A DNA stretch of 64,000 bases from a virus (taxonomy: Duplodnaviria; Caudoviricetes): IMG/VR virus record IMGVR_UViG_3300021471_000001, positions 609-64,608 of that record; one strand, given 5' to 3'. Shown here piece after piece: positions 11,801-20,728 of this stretch (the stretch's first letter is position 1; each line of letters starts with the position of its first letter). Both the position numbers and the translations under genes were made by a program. Below the pieces are notes generated by a model. It ran no database searches, had not been told where the DNA came from, and worked only from the letters and a program-made list of their open reading frames with translations.

Positions 11801-13930
11801 AGATGTCATGTACTCAGAAACCTCTGAAATACTCAAAGTCGTACTTATCAACTCTCTTAGCCTTTTTGTATCACCTTCAACCAATGCCCTCCTTGCCTCA
11901 TTGATTAATTCAGTTCTCTTGTGATACTCTGATTGTGCTTGAGCAAGCTTTTCCATATTCTCAAGTAATACATTGTTATACTGTTGTGCTGTTTCAATAG
12001 CCTTAGCTCCTAAAACTTGTTTCTGTAACTCTATTTCGTTTTTTGTTACATTTATATGCCTATTCTTTGCATTTATCAGAGTGTCAATTGAACCTTTCAT
12101 AGCATCATAAGTCAAAGCCACAGATGGATTTATCTTTTCTATTTCTTGTAATAACGCCTTCTCTTCTCTCTTAGCTTTTGCCAACTCTTCCGTTGATAGC
12201 TTTACGTTATTCATCTTAGCTCTTAAGCTTATAAACTCATTAGAAAGCTTTTCAAAAGACTGTAATTCGTCTTCTTTAACTCTAATATCTGCCATAGCCT
12301 TAGCTATTCCCTGAACACTATCTTCAAAATCCGCTGTCTTACTTTGAAATAAGTTAATTATTTGAGCCAGGCCACCAGCAACACTTTCGACTATTCCGTA
12401 TATTTCCGCTTTCAAATTGGCAATAAATGGCAATACCTTCTTGAAAGCCTTTCCCATCTCTATAGCTCGTGCGTCTAATCTGTTCTGTGCTAGCTGTGCT
12501 CTCTTTTCAGTGGTGTCCATAGCAACATTAAACTCTTTTTCCAAGCTATCAGCTATGTTATACTGAGCTACACCTGTTTCGATATTCTTTCTCAAAGCGT
12601 CTATCGAGCCACCAAGTTTTAAAACTACTTTCTGAGCCTCGTCGCCAAAGATTTGTTGTATAAATCTTTGTCTTTTTGCAACGTCTCCAATTTTGTTTAT
12701 ACTTTCTAGTATCTTTATAATCATTTGTGACGGAGCTTTTATGAAGGCCTGGTCGAAGTCTTTGGCTGTCATCTTCATAAATGAGGCAAGCTTTTCTCTT
12801 TGTTTTCCAATCTGCCTAATGATAGCATTCATCCCTGTCGCTACTACCTCAGGTTCTAGACCACCTGCTATCGCCGTTGCCGCAAAAGCCATAGCTTCAA
12901 AGGACTTTATACCGACAGCACTTGCACTAGTCATACGTTTCACAGCTTCACTTATTACGTATTCGTTTGCAGCAGTAGTATTAGCAAGTTCGTTTAACAC
13001 GGACATAGCTTTAGCAGAGAATTCACTCATGTCAGTACTTTCTTTCTTAAAACTATTTCCTATCTTAGCTATTGTTTCTGCTAATAATTCACTGTTGCCG
13101 TTGAATTTACTTAAAGCTATCGTGCCTTTTGCTATCTGTTCTAAGAAACCAGCTATTTGTTCTCTCGGAAGGCCTAACTGCCCTGCTACTTCACCAATAT
13201 TTGCTAAACCCGCAGCACTAACAGGCAATTCCTTAGATAATCTTAAGATTACTTTCTCTAACTTTATAGCTTCCTTAGTTCCTCTTTCTATACCTGTAGT
13301 CTTAAAAACGCCTGCCATAGCAGTTTCAAACTCAACTGATTCGTCAACTGCATCACTTATTTTACCTGTCAAAAAGTTAAACGCTTTTTGTAAAGCCATT
13401 ACACCAGCTGTTATTCCACCAACTGCCATTCCTAAACCACCTAATCCCATTCCACCTATCATCTCTTTAGCTTTACCTAAACCACCGCCAATTCTACCAA
13501 AGAAAGTCGGCTTTGCCGCCTTCTTTTCTGCAACTAATCGCTCTTCTCTCAGCTGTTTTAATAACTTACTTTCTCGTCTTTTTATTCTTATAAACTCTTT
13601 ACTATCTTTTTCATAAAGACTTTTTGCCTCAGCAAAGTGTTTTCGTATTTCTTGTGTTTGTTGCTTGTAGTGTTTTCTTATTTCATAAAGCTTTTTCTTA
13701 TTAGCGTCCTTAGAATATCTAACCTCAAGTTCTTTTATAGCTTCTAAAGACTGTTTAGCTTGTCTCTTAGCTTTTTTATAGCTTTCTTTAAACTGATTAG
13801 CTGTCTCTTTGCCGAATTTCTCATTTATACGTTTTATTGTTTGGTTTAAAGTAAGCTCACCTTTTTGAAACTTATCTACGATTGGCTTTAAGTTAGCGTC
13901 AACCTCGATTATAAAGTTTTGCTTTGCCAT
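5897..13930 (-). CDS. Tail tape measure protein (TP901-type core), ~2,677 aa
   Basis: FETAMAGVFKTT...LANIGEVAGQLG core, long helical body, C-terminal FQEGG..LHKGEDVI motif; start at ATG 13930 with AGGAG RBS. Confidence 0.93.
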   Translation of the reverse strand: MAKQNFIIEVDANLKPIVDKFQKGELTLNQTIKRINEKFGKETANQFKESYKKAKRQAKQSLEAIKELEVRYSKDANKKKLYEIRKHYKQQTQEIRKHFAEAKSLYEKDSKEFIRIKRRESKLLKQLREERLVAEKKAAKPTFFGRIGGGLGKAKEMIGGMGLGGLGMAVGGITAGVMALQKAFNFLTGKISDAVDESVEFETAMAGVFKTTGIERGTKEAIKLEKVILRLSKELPVSAAGLANIGEVAGQLGLPREQIAGFLEQIAKGTIALSKFNGNSELLAETIAKIGNSFKKESTDMSEFSAKAMSVLNELANTTAANEYVISEAVKRMTSASAVGIKSFEAMAFAATAIAGGLEPEVVATGMNAIIRQIGKQREKLASFMKMTAKDFDQAFIKAPSQMIIKILESINKIGDVAKRQRFIQQIFGDEAQKVVLKLGGSIDALRKNIETGVAQYNIADSLEKEFNVAMDTTEKRAQLAQNRLDARAIEMGKAFKKVLPFIANLKAEIYGIVESVAGGLAQIINLFQSKTADFEDSVQGIAKAMADIRVKEDELQSFEKLSNEFISLRAKMNNVKLSTEELAKAKREEKALLQEIEKINPSVALTYDAMKGSIDTLINAKNRHINVTKNEIELQKQVLGAKAIETAQQYNNVLLENMEKLAQAQSEYHKRTELINEARRALVEGDTKRLRELISTTLSISEVSEYMTSLGGFTIENIIKQETEKRKELNLTIAETKKKLGETGLVYQQLSKQAKELGLDEGELQKITKETFTSSKEELEGLIEKYKDVPEIVEMIKTHLETIGVDLKLNIETPEVPEVTAPEDVVQKITAETEYMLDETANTYLQDRIALLDEEIAKRQEIDSTISSYGEKEAELTDVEQEVLALLEDQKASYEEANAIVEELVEQAGGWNKLTAEQKKQIYAIINAHIKKREELIKNQKVLQQNLQTLKSMVSVLQLVGAAIPETMTNAIKNVEAQLNQTEKLQEELKKVVLPKITVPTTGEEPTLPTGKKRGAGKRKAEKVAEDKDKLEIQKLKEELKRVKEEKKHEEKMEKMAEKEIEDRYNAEKKYREEQEKMIESHYKEMESLSNKFNNRVFSKMTMQMKEATKRFTEERKKARTPFELELAFSRMAQRISNIFTERMIELIEASSILKDNSLRVIDLATQKNSRLKEEINLVDSLSKLYEKNIELQNKLLTQEGKIIRQHYLGLRAIEDYLKNQKKFAEVGSKGVKPLVEAMSPKRYKALAMFAMETDNLGNSVAELDDLVKDLFFSYKRLNETQKKNEDVMGAYVANMVNATNELIKARRISKRDRWNLEDTIGRLQDFINKAVTEVMKTAAINKGKYANLLRALSPVAKGQLAGEEGLTTQDVAGMKERFNRTMLNWNEVVGLISMMIDKNEKMRYQVEVAIKGTQAGVQTATLQSRQLAELFVQHIKMASNVQETALTNIKNYFKKLGYSNKKIEALVKQIAEVTRIGDKEKGDWSNYLRILSKQIGVEYNTLRKELGPYVANLWKSISQQMTLEMIKVQAQRQFTDIEKFINRMTVDLDKILREGLKNIRKKYSVEEIKKQRDLTKSLRDYMNEYKEDVMALQGEINDRREEEERKYWELRSRLAEEAFNKQIHHEFMVLSQHMRNLTKATKQELINQLSDVGIVALSQLKGATAEEIGKMFDVGALFERGELKATGESPIAKEIQKRIEMNEKNLEYGRLQLEQGKITEEFYEQEFGSLERSNQAMKERIKAVVYMSQMNQEFNKVIERQNEIRYLNNKAIAQGGELEEKDKKRLDELLSKEVDFSKMIEDFKKKSGTIFESLTKVDPKSAESVKTAFGEMLEKLKKVKIGAAKKELKEIEKLDYEHFERLIRKAKKETKDAQAELASITGNEFERAMYDIEKQGLQVEKLFVKINAGIADKLRGQIKTEYMYSPKMREDAEYMIYLQEQWNIARRNGDEEQMKFIERLMEKYEKKYPELAKRIKDEFSKANDVIARDTYENLQTLSKAMDKLYGYTGSIENNLREWDDALEDGNISLEEGVKLTRQMGENIMMLGMAMKSTTVAVIGASMGAVGALVSLGMVASSLYDKIAGTSDEEEEHQRLLEASLKRQKEIVYQMNRRLAATEAQKDAEEYINSILEQRLDIYDLLGQLNKEVSDLLVKSQDVLEERINRSIDNLKQLPSQIKSQIDAAISKWYDFYEKVVRRGDIPEIPELTADFFNVPGMQDLMSILDKIESFDPSDPMAWFEDFYDLFEEIPDILGQFDEARYESLLATERDIKDFIQIYKGSDEVINNFIDNVVSGALKGKDMLDAWAQVQEHISYLISRGFISDEDLGYIEQLEVKIISLANTQVQIFNMEAIKEAGEIFKDIFEDYEQYVEMMKSMIAMELQRFDIHKSLGLLGEDQTEILEKEKKLIEDAIDAYLKLYGLSRDMFKTENEMIEALLKESGYDEAIVSLLQRKVDLQKEYNEELIDELGFLRGIKNARIDALKREYMEVQRLLKLKAISPEEALKRKTMLINQMIKILQQMGIGGEQIQEAYQAITDLIIGVEGEEVVTAGGGTGAGVLTPIGGFQEGGKVEKTGVYQLHKGEDVITPKMRESLADFLSDMVSGYYNSEKKRIERLNQISKTVNNQYDYGRSSVVNIGDIKVFTRDGIEAGEKILSVLKSPRGVLALKQGQKKL

Positions 13931-14015
13931 TTTATAGCTCCTATACAATAAATCCAAAGATTTTTATTATTTTGGTGTTTTTATATCTTTTCAAAAGTCT
14001 TTTATAATTTTCCAC

Positions 14016-14205
14016 GAGAAACGCCAAAATACCCACAAATTGAAGACTTTTTCTTTTTTTGGTATAAAAGTTCAACAAAGATAATAAAACGTCCTTATTG
14101 TGAATATTTTCAATTTTCATATTTCTTTCTCTCTATCAATCCAAATATTCCCTCGAGAAACACGAAAAAAGCCACAATTTGAAGACTTTTTACAAAAATG
14201 GTATA
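14016..14205. repeat. Two copies of a dispersed ~51-bp element (GAGAAA-N12-CACAA-N22-GGTATA)
   Basis: Copies start at 14016 and 14155; a third with identical internal spacing starts at 37689. Confidence 0.6.
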
Positions 14206-14219
14206 AATAATCATATCTA

Positions 14220-15020
14220 TCATTCCTTCTTTTCTGCGTGCATTTTTTCTAGTTTTTCTCTCTCTTTTTTCTTACGTTCGTGTTCTGCCATCTTTCTTAG
14301 ACTAAACACTTCTTTTGGGTCTATTCCCTTCTCTTTTAGCTTTTCCTCATATGGCTTTGCATACTTCTTGTCGTATTCCAAAACCTTTCTGTATGGTTTT
14401 TCCAAATCACTCAAAGTTTTTGAAGCTTTCGAACGCTTGTCTGAGTTATTAATTGCAAGCATTGATACTAAGATGTTTATTAATTCAAGTGACTTCATGG
14501 CTTTATCACGCTCGATTTTACGAATATAATACTTTACCATTTGGAGATTAAGCACCTTCCAAAGCTCGTCTGGAATATCTAAATGACAGACTATATCAAA
14601 TATAATGTCATAAATAAAAGTAGCGTTATTGTGTTCTTCCTCTTCCTCACCTAAAATCTCATCATAATAACTCCGTTTTCTGCTTCCTGTCTCATCAACT
14701 CCAAGAAATCTTTGTACATAATCGTCTCTCAAAAAGTGTTTATAATCAGCTATAATACTTTCTATCAAATGCTGATAGATTATAAGCAATTCTTCACATT
14801 TATATTCCTTTATCTGTTCAAGTTGTGCTTTATATAGGATTGGTTCAAATAACTCTAGAATGTTATTTTTAATGGTTTCGCTGTTTTCTTTTTGCTCTAG
14901 TAGAATGCTTTCCGTGATGAGATAGTATTCGTATACAAAGTTAAAGGGTTTAAAGACAAGTCGCCTTGCCTTATTTTCAAAGGTGTAAGCGACTTGCCTA
15001 CGCAGAGAGGGAAAAAACAT
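14220..15020 (-). CDS. Probable tail assembly chaperone
   Basis: Positional inference only: lies between the tail tube and tape measure genes. Confidence 0.5.
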   Translation of the reverse strand: MFFPSLRRQVAYTFENKARRLVFKPFNFVYEYYLITESILLEQKENSETIKNNILELFEPILYKAQLEQIKEYKCEELLIIYQHLIESIIADYKHFLRDDYVQRFLGVDETGSRKRSYYDEILGEEEEEHNNATFIYDIIFDIVCHLDIPDELWKVLNLQMVKYYIRKIERDKAMKSLELINILVSMLAINNSDKRSKASKTLSDLEKPYRKVLEYDKKYAKPYEEKLKEKGIDPKEVFSLRKMAEHERKKKEREKLEKMHAEKKE

Positions 15021-15045
15021 AACGTTATCATCTTCTTCTATAATC

Positions 15046-15981
15046 TTACAAAGCTTCTAGCAATGCGTGCATATCTTTAAAGAAGTCTTGGAAACCTCTA
15101 CCCCAGATTACCTGCTTGTTATTGTAATCTGTAAAGGTAAATGCACATGCCGAGCCTTCTACATCAATTTCTCTTTGTGCGTCATTCGCAAAACTATACG
15201 TTTTAGCTGGGGCAAACTTCATATTCCAAAAGATTTCTGCGGTATTATGATCTTGTACTGTCTTTGCTGAGGCGGTATTATCGGTAGTATAAGTATTCCC
15301 TAACTCATCTTTAGGTAGTACTATAACGATTTTACCGTCTAAGCTTTCACCTGCACCAACTGAACCGATCTTTCTAGTGTAACTTGGATTGGTTGTATGT
15401 CCATCATTAACAATTCTATCGTTTGAAAAGAACATTCCCATACCATTAGGATGTGCTGACACATTATGTGGAGGTTTAAATCTCAACGTAACTTCTGCTG
15501 TGGAACTTGCTATTGTGTCGTATTTCTCTAAGTTATCTTGAGTCATAAAGGTATCTTGGGCCTCTTCATGTTCAATTCCTTCGTTCACTTCAATATAATC
15601 ATCATCACCCGGAAAGGTAAAGTAAGCGTAAAAATCTATGCTATCGCCATTCGAAATTGCCTGTGCAAAAGTCGAAGAGCCTTTCTCTTTCCATGATGGG
15701 TGTCTAGCTAAACCTCTAATCAATCTTACAGATGTGGATGTGCTATCAAAGGCAATTACACCTTCACCTGTTTCTCTAACGATTCCAATAAGTGCTTGTC
15801 TTGTGCTATAGTTCACGTATCCAGAAATCGGAGCATTGGAACTTATGTCTATCTCTACATCGTCAGCTGTCTTGGTTGCTGATGACGTTACAGTAGCGTA
15901 AGATGATAACAATTTTGGAGCATCTGCTGTCGCTATTAAAGCAGCACCAGCTTTGATCGTTGGATCATATGTTCTAGCCAT
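15046..15981 (-). CDS. Major tail (tube) protein
   Basis: Ala/Thr/Ser-rich beta-type sequence, strong AGGAG RBS, canonical position upstream of chaperone and tape measure genes. Confidence 0.65.
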   Translation of the reverse strand: MARTYDPTIKAGAALIATADAPKLLSSYATVTSSATKTADDVEIDISSNAPISGYVNYSTRQALIGIVRETGEGVIAFDSTSTSVRLIRGLARHPSWKEKGSSTFAQAISNGDSIDFYAYFTFPGDDDYIEVNEGIEHEEAQDTFMTQDNLEKYDTIASSTAEVTLRFKPPHNVSAHPNGMGMFFSNDRIVNDGHTTNPSYTRKIGSVGAGESLDGKIVIVLPKDELGNTYTTDNTASAKTVQDHNTAEIFWNMKFAPAKTYSFANDAQREIDVEGSACAFTFTDYNNKQVIWGRGFQDFFKDMHALLEAL

Positions 15982-16045
15982 TTTTAAACTCCTTTGTTAA
16001 AATTAATTTATTGTTCTACTCAAACAAAGAAGTTCATTAGCTATG

Positions 16046-16528
16046 CTAATTACTTAATATATCATAACGTTCGGCTTTAAGCGTAATGAAAAAGCCAAAA
16101 TACGGCATGTCATTTGCGTCCGCATAATAACCTATAGTGTCGTCTTCAATATCTAAACTTATATAATTCCTTTTATTATCAACACTTTTAAAGTCCATTT
16201 GTTTCGTAAAAGCTTTATAAATCTTACTTGTAAAGTCATATATATCCAATTCGTCTGTTAGAGTCTCGATTCTGCCCATCACAAATATACTATAAGTGTC
16301 TATGAAATTGCTTTCACCATAACTGATAGCGTCTAAATACAATCCTATTTTGTCTTCTTTACTATTCTGCAATGGTGGAAATGGGTCTTCAAAGATAATT
16401 TTAATGTTATTGAGTTCGTTACTCGTTAGTCTTACTTCCAATTCAGCTTTTAAATCTGTTAAAACTGTTGATGGAACGGTCATCCTTTCTTTATATGTTG
16501 TTCTATGTGCTTCTTTTAGCAATCCCAT
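16046..16528 (-). CDS. Probable tail terminator/completion protein
   Basis: Size and position directly upstream of the tail tube gene. Confidence 0.45.
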   Translation of the reverse strand: MGLLKEAHRTTYKERMTVPSTVLTDLKAELEVRLTSNELNNIKIIFEDPFPPLQNSKEDKIGLYLDAISYGESNFIDTYSIFVMGRIETLTDELDIYDFTSKIYKAFTKQMDFKSVDNKRNYISLDIEDDTIGYYADANDMPYFGFFITLKAERYDILSN

Positions 16529-16531
16529 AGC

Positions 16532-17971
16532 TTATTCCTTTATAGCTTCAATTTGTGTAAAGTTTTGTTTTTGCTTTTCTAGTAATCTCTCTGCTTCCTT
16601 GAAAACAGGAATCCATTGTTCCCTAACGATTTTCTCCCAAGTAAAACTTTTCTTTATCCAACTAAAAGCTATCTCGGCTTTCTCTATATATTTATCTTTG
16701 TTATAGAAGCAATCATTAAGCTTATTAACAAAATCTTTCACATCTACTGCTTTTCTTGGTGGATCATCTTTCACAAATGCGTAACCAAAGACATATTCAT
16801 TCGTATCAACTAGTGTAGCAAGCCTACCATTACGTGTTATCTCTGAATGTACTGTGTTATTTGGTACAAACACTGGTGTTTTCGTAGCATAGCATTCCGT
16901 TGTAAATAACCCCCAGCCTTCGCCTAAGGTGGTTGTGATACCTACATCTGCAATGTTATAAGCTTTATTAAGCTGTTCGACAGTGTTTCCACCTGCCTTA
17001 TCATACGAGCCCATCAAAAACACGTTATTCTTTTCGTCTCTTGGACTTCCATGATGTAAGTTATCGAAATATTCTATCATATTGATAATATTCGTACCTA
17101 TGTCGTTGTTTTTCATATGCATAAGCAGTTTTACACGTCTCTTATCCTCATCATTCTTTAATGACTTTATGAATTCGGAGAACACGTACAAAGTCCGTGT
17201 AGGGTCTTTTCTTGGCTGATTCCTGTTTAAATTAAGCAAAATAAATAAATCATCTCCGTATTTCTCTATGTAGTCCTTAAATATGCCTTTCCTCAATTCT
17301 TTAACTTGGCTTTCAGGCAATGGATAAAAGCTTTTTGTATTAATGCCATGATATATATATTGCAATGGAACGCCTAATCCATAACACCGATCTTCCTTAA
17401 GTATTTCTGGAAAGCACTCTGCTTGTTTATACCCGAACTTTGTGTATGTAATCGGCATATCAAAGTAATTAGCTATCTCAAACCTGTGTGGAAGGAAGTA
17501 TTCAGTGTCAATTGGAAAATAGTATATTGTCACAAAGCGTTTACCTGAGTATCTCATCTCTTCTAATGGTTTAGTTAAGCTTTCTACAACAAGTGGATCG
17601 TTTAAAATAAATATCACATCGACTTCATGGTGTTTAACATAATCCAAAAACTTGTCTTGGCTGTGTTGTGTGTTCAACAACCCTTTTCGCCTATCCATTT
17701 CTGTGAAAAACAACCCTGGTATTACTTGAACATCACCCGGTAGTCTCCTATGGTTGCTCTCTTCTTTGATTAACCAACTATCGTCCGTTGGTTTTAATCC
17801 CCAGCTATTAATATTCAAGTGTTCATGTATCCCAAATACCTTTATATCGTAGTATCCACTAACCTTTCTAAGCTCCATAATAATGTTATAAAGCACTTGA
17901 GCAAACCCTGTCCATAGATTAGGGCTGTCACCATAGAATAACACTTTTAATTTTTGTTTTTTCTTTTTCAT
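16532..17971 (-). CDS. Glycosyltransferase, GT4-like (GT-B fold)
   Basis: GDSP..WTGFAQV N-terminus, IYHGIN, NRNQPRKD, YNIADV..TTLGEGWGL..TE motifs. Confidence 0.88.
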   Translation of the reverse strand: MKKKKQKLKVLFYGDSPNLWTGFAQVLYNIIMELRKVSGYYDIKVFGIHEHLNINSWGLKPTDDSWLIKEESNHRRLPGDVQVIPGLFFTEMDRRKGLLNTQHSQDKFLDYVKHHEVDVIFILNDPLVVESLTKPLEEMRYSGKRFVTIYYFPIDTEYFLPHRFEIANYFDMPITYTKFGYKQAECFPEILKEDRCYGLGVPLQYIYHGINTKSFYPLPESQVKELRKGIFKDYIEKYGDDLFILLNLNRNQPRKDPTRTLYVFSEFIKSLKNDEDKRRVKLLMHMKNNDIGTNIINMIEYFDNLHHGSPRDEKNNVFLMGSYDKAGGNTVEQLNKAYNIADVGITTTLGEGWGLFTTECYATKTPVFVPNNTVHSEITRNGRLATLVDTNEYVFGYAFVKDDPPRKAVDVKDFVNKLNDCFYNKDKYIEKAEIAFSWIKKSFTWEKIVREQWIPVFKEAERLLEKQKQNFTQIEAIKE

Positions 17972-17997
17972 AACTTTAATTACCCTCTCTTAAAAAA

Positions 17998-18195
17998 CTA
18001 TTTTTTCTTTTTTGGCTTTTTAGATTTAGCTTTTTGCCTTTGTTGACTTAAAATTATAGCTGTGTGCATGGCTTGTGCTTTTTTTTTGCTATCAAAACAC
18101 TTTATTACTGTACCTTTTGGTTTATCCGTTTTACTTCCTTTCTTTTTAGGATGTCCATGTACAACACACCATTTATCGCCTTTCTTTACTACCAT
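17998..18195 (-). CDS. Small highly basic protein
   Basis: 65 aa, Lys-rich, in frame-adjacent series with neighbours. Confidence 0.7.
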   Translation of the reverse strand: MVVKKGDKWCVVHGHPKKKGSKTDKPKGTVIKCFDSKKKAQAMHTAIILSQQRQKAKSKKPKKKK

Positions 18196-18204
18196 AGCTT
18201 TTAC

Positions 18205-18360
18205 CTACTTCTTTTTTTTCTTTTTTGGTTTCTTCCAAACTACTGTTGAGGCACAAACCGCTTCAGGATTTTTTACTCCACCTTTTTTCTTTACATCTGC
18301 TACACACTTTTCAAACCTTTTCTTTGTAGCAGCGTCTTTAGGCTTTTTCTTTTTTGCCAC
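18205..18360 (-). CDS. Small highly basic protein (51 aa)
   Basis: Hand-translated from GTG with AGGAG RBS: MAKKKKPKDAATKKRFEKCVADVKKKGGVKNPEAVCASTVVWKKPKKKKKK*. Confidence 0.7.
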   Translation of the reverse strand: MAKKKKPKDAATKKRFEKCVADVKKKGGVKNPEAVCASTVVWKKPKKKKKK

Positions 18361-18395
18361 TTTATAACTCCTTAATATTTACTAATTTATTAATA

Positions 18396-19193
18396 TCAAT
18401 CATACCCACTAGGTCCGTCATAGTGGATTGGTATGATTTGAGTCATGTAATAATACTTACCAAAGTTCCATTTGTTTTTATCTGCTAACATTAATTTCTC
18501 TGCTTTGCTATTCACAGGATAATAACAACAATTAGGTTTTTTAAAAATCCATGCCAAAACTATAATTGCCGAATGCGTTGCGTGTATTCCTATACAACTG
18601 TCACTTTTCACAAGATGTACTAATTGTCTCACTGATAGCTTATCTATTAAATCCACAAGTCCACTTTCATCAGGGAAAGGATTGATTTCCTTTTTGTGAT
18701 GTATTCGATCATAGTTTGCACCGATGAGATACACCTTTAATCCTTTCTCTTTGTTAATCTCAATAATCCTTTTGATAAGGTTCTCATTCATAACGTCTCT
18801 GTCATCTTGGCCTGCCTTAGGATGAATAATCACATACCTGTTTTGATAGAGTTCTTCAAGCTGTTCCTTTTCTTGTTCTGTAAGATAAACTTCCAGCTTC
18901 TCACAATGTCCGATTGAAAGCAAGTCTTCAAGTTTTATTTCTGTATATCCTTCGAACTCATGTAAATGCGGTTCAATCGTATGTGTGTATTCTACTTGCT
19001 TAACCTCATCTATCCAATCTTGACCTGTGAATAAATCCTTTGAGTTTGGATTATGTGACACTATCAGTAGTTTTAAGTACTTATCAATATAGCTTTCCGT
19101 ATATTTCTTAACCCTTGCGAAAAAGTCATTCTGGAAAAACTCGAAATATATATCGCCTAATCCCCCTCCAGTACTGAATATAAACTTATTCAT
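18396..19193 (-). CDS. Glycosyltransferase, GT9 (heptosyltransferase)-like
   Basis: GGGLGDIY N-terminus; YVIIHPKAG, VDLIDKLSVRQLVHLVK, HSAIIVLA motifs. Confidence 0.75.
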   Translation of the reverse strand: MNKFIFSTGGGLGDIYFEFFQNDFFARVKKYTESYIDKYLKLLIVSHNPNSKDLFTGQDWIDEVKQVEYTHTIEPHLHEFEGYTEIKLEDLLSIGHCEKLEVYLTEQEKEQLEELYQNRYVIIHPKAGQDDRDVMNENLIKRIIEINKEKGLKVYLIGANYDRIHHKKEINPFPDESGLVDLIDKLSVRQLVHLVKSDSCIGIHATHSAIIVLAWIFKKPNCCYYPVNSKAEKLMLADKNKWNFGKYYYMTQIIPIHYDGPSGYD

Positions 19194-19845
19194 CTTCGTC
19201 TATCTCGTCTTCATCTTCATCAAATGGGACTATATCTATAACGTCTTTTAGTATGAAAGCCATTCCCGTCCAACTATCTGGTTGATGAATATACTTGACA
19301 GTACATTTATCGCTATTCTTTTTCTCGAAATTCTCTACCACAGCTCGAACGTCCTTATTTGCCAAATCGTCAACAATGACTCCGCCCTTCTTGCTACATC
19401 TTTTGAAAGCCCAATCTAACTGTTTCTCAACACTACTCTTAGAAATCTCATTATCAATCAAAATAAAATCATAAGTATCGGGATTATCCTTTATGAACTT
19501 TCGCCAATCCTCATCATATAACGTGAATACATAGTCTTGAAGCAAGTTTTGTTTAAGTATGTCATTCTGTCCTTTGTATTCAGAGCCATTATCGACAATC
19601 TCAATAGTTTTTACACTATCTCCAAGAGCTTCTACTATGCTTTTCGTGGAACATCCATATAAACCGCCAAGAATAAGTAAATTGAACTTTTTATTCTTTG
19701 CAAATCTGCTCTTGACGAACTTTGCAAAGCTATACATTAAGTTGTAATACTTGTCAGAGTAAATGTGACCGCTATTTTTGTAATACTCTGGAAATGTGAA
19801 ATTACTAAATAGCTTCTTTAAGTCTATTTTTTCTATACTAAACAT
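19186..19845 (-). CDS. Class I SAM-dependent methyltransferase-like protein
   Basis: LILGGLYGCST motif I, YDFILIDN, GGVIVDDL. Confidence 0.7.
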   Translation of the reverse strand: MFSIEKIDLKKLFSNFTFPEYYKNSGHIYSDKYYNLMYSFAKFVKSRFAKNKKFNLLILGGLYGCSTKSIVEALGDSVKTIEIVDNGSEYKGQNDILKQNLLQDYVFTLYDEDWRKFIKDNPDTYDFILIDNEISKSSVEKQLDWAFKRCSKKGGVIVDDLANKDVRAVVENFEKKNSDKCTVKYIHQPDSWTGMAFILKDVIDIVPFDEDEDEIDEDE

Positions 19846-19873
19846 TTTTTTTCTTCCTTTCAGGACTGTATTA

Positions 19874-20728
19874 TCACAATCCTAATATATATTTGTTTAT
19901 ATAACCATAAAAATGCTGACTATTGTACTTTGGAAATATGACCTCATAGCTCTTTTCGAAGTTTTTCTTTTTCATCCAACTACCTAACATCTTCTCTAGC
20001 TGTGGAAAATATAACATATATATAGGGACATCCATCATGTCAGCTAGTATATGCAAGCCTGATTGAAAGCCATACAAAAACCTACCGTGCTTTATAACCT
20101 CCACTATAAAGTCAAAGCTCTTTTTGAAAAAGATATAAAAGTCTTTATTAAGTTTCATTCCTTGCTGTTGAAGAAAGCTATTAGCTATATCCAAATTATC
20201 TTTATCCCATTCTGCTCCTATCAATACAGGAATTAACTCTTTCTTATACTCTAAACACACTTTAACATAATCAACAGCATTGATAAAGCCGTTATTTCCT
20301 TTGTTAGACATAAAGATAACATAGTAATCTTTGTCTAAACCCCTCTTGAACTTTTCAAATTGTTTCCTTGCTTCGTCAAATACGAGTAGTTCGTATTCTT
20401 CTACTAAGTCACTTTCTAAAAAGCACTTCTCAACTCGATGTCCAGCTTCTAACCACCCATTTACCATTATAGGATTGAGTTTATTTAACGTAATCTGTTC
20501 ATTTATGCCTTTTTTCCAATCAAACCAGTTAGGATTATTTTGTCTTACATATTCTACGGAGTTTGTAATGGGTATTAAGTCAAGATAAGGTTTGCTACGC
20601 AACGGAGCATGGTCCTGAACCTTCCAATTCACCTTCAAGCCATATTTTAAAGCATAGGGGTAAACAAATTGTACACTCCAATGTATATCACCTATACCAG
20701 GAGGCACTAAAACGTCTATAGTATTCAT
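19874..20728 (-). CDS. Glycosyltransferase, GT9-like
   Basis: VPPGIGDIHW N-terminus; VLIGAEWD; GFQSGLHILADMMDVP. Confidence 0.7.
   Translation of the reverse strand: MNTIDVLVPPGIGDIHWSVQFVYPYALKYGLKVNWKVQDHAPLRSKPYLDLIPITNSVEYVRQNNPNWFDWKKGINEQITLNKLNPIMVNGWLEAGHRVEKCFLESDLVEEYELLVFDEARKQFEKFKRGLDKDYYVIFMSNKGNNGFINAVDYVKVCLEYKKELIPVLIGAEWDKDNLDIANSFLQQQGMKLNKDFYIFFKKSFDFIVEVIKHGRFLYGFQSGLHILADMMDVPIYMLYFPQLEKMLGSWMKKKNFEKSYEVIFPKYNSQHFYGYINKYILGL

Noticed and set aside
12693-13616. 307-aa plus-strand ORF and the many other plus-strand ORFs in the track
   Set aside because: Antisense shadows of long minus-strand genes, Ser/Phe/Leu-rich and without recognisable motifs.
14220-15060. Programmed frameshift in the tail chaperone or a tube-chaperone fusion
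   Set aside because: Only one chaperone-region ORF is present and no convincing slippery heptamer joining two frames was found.
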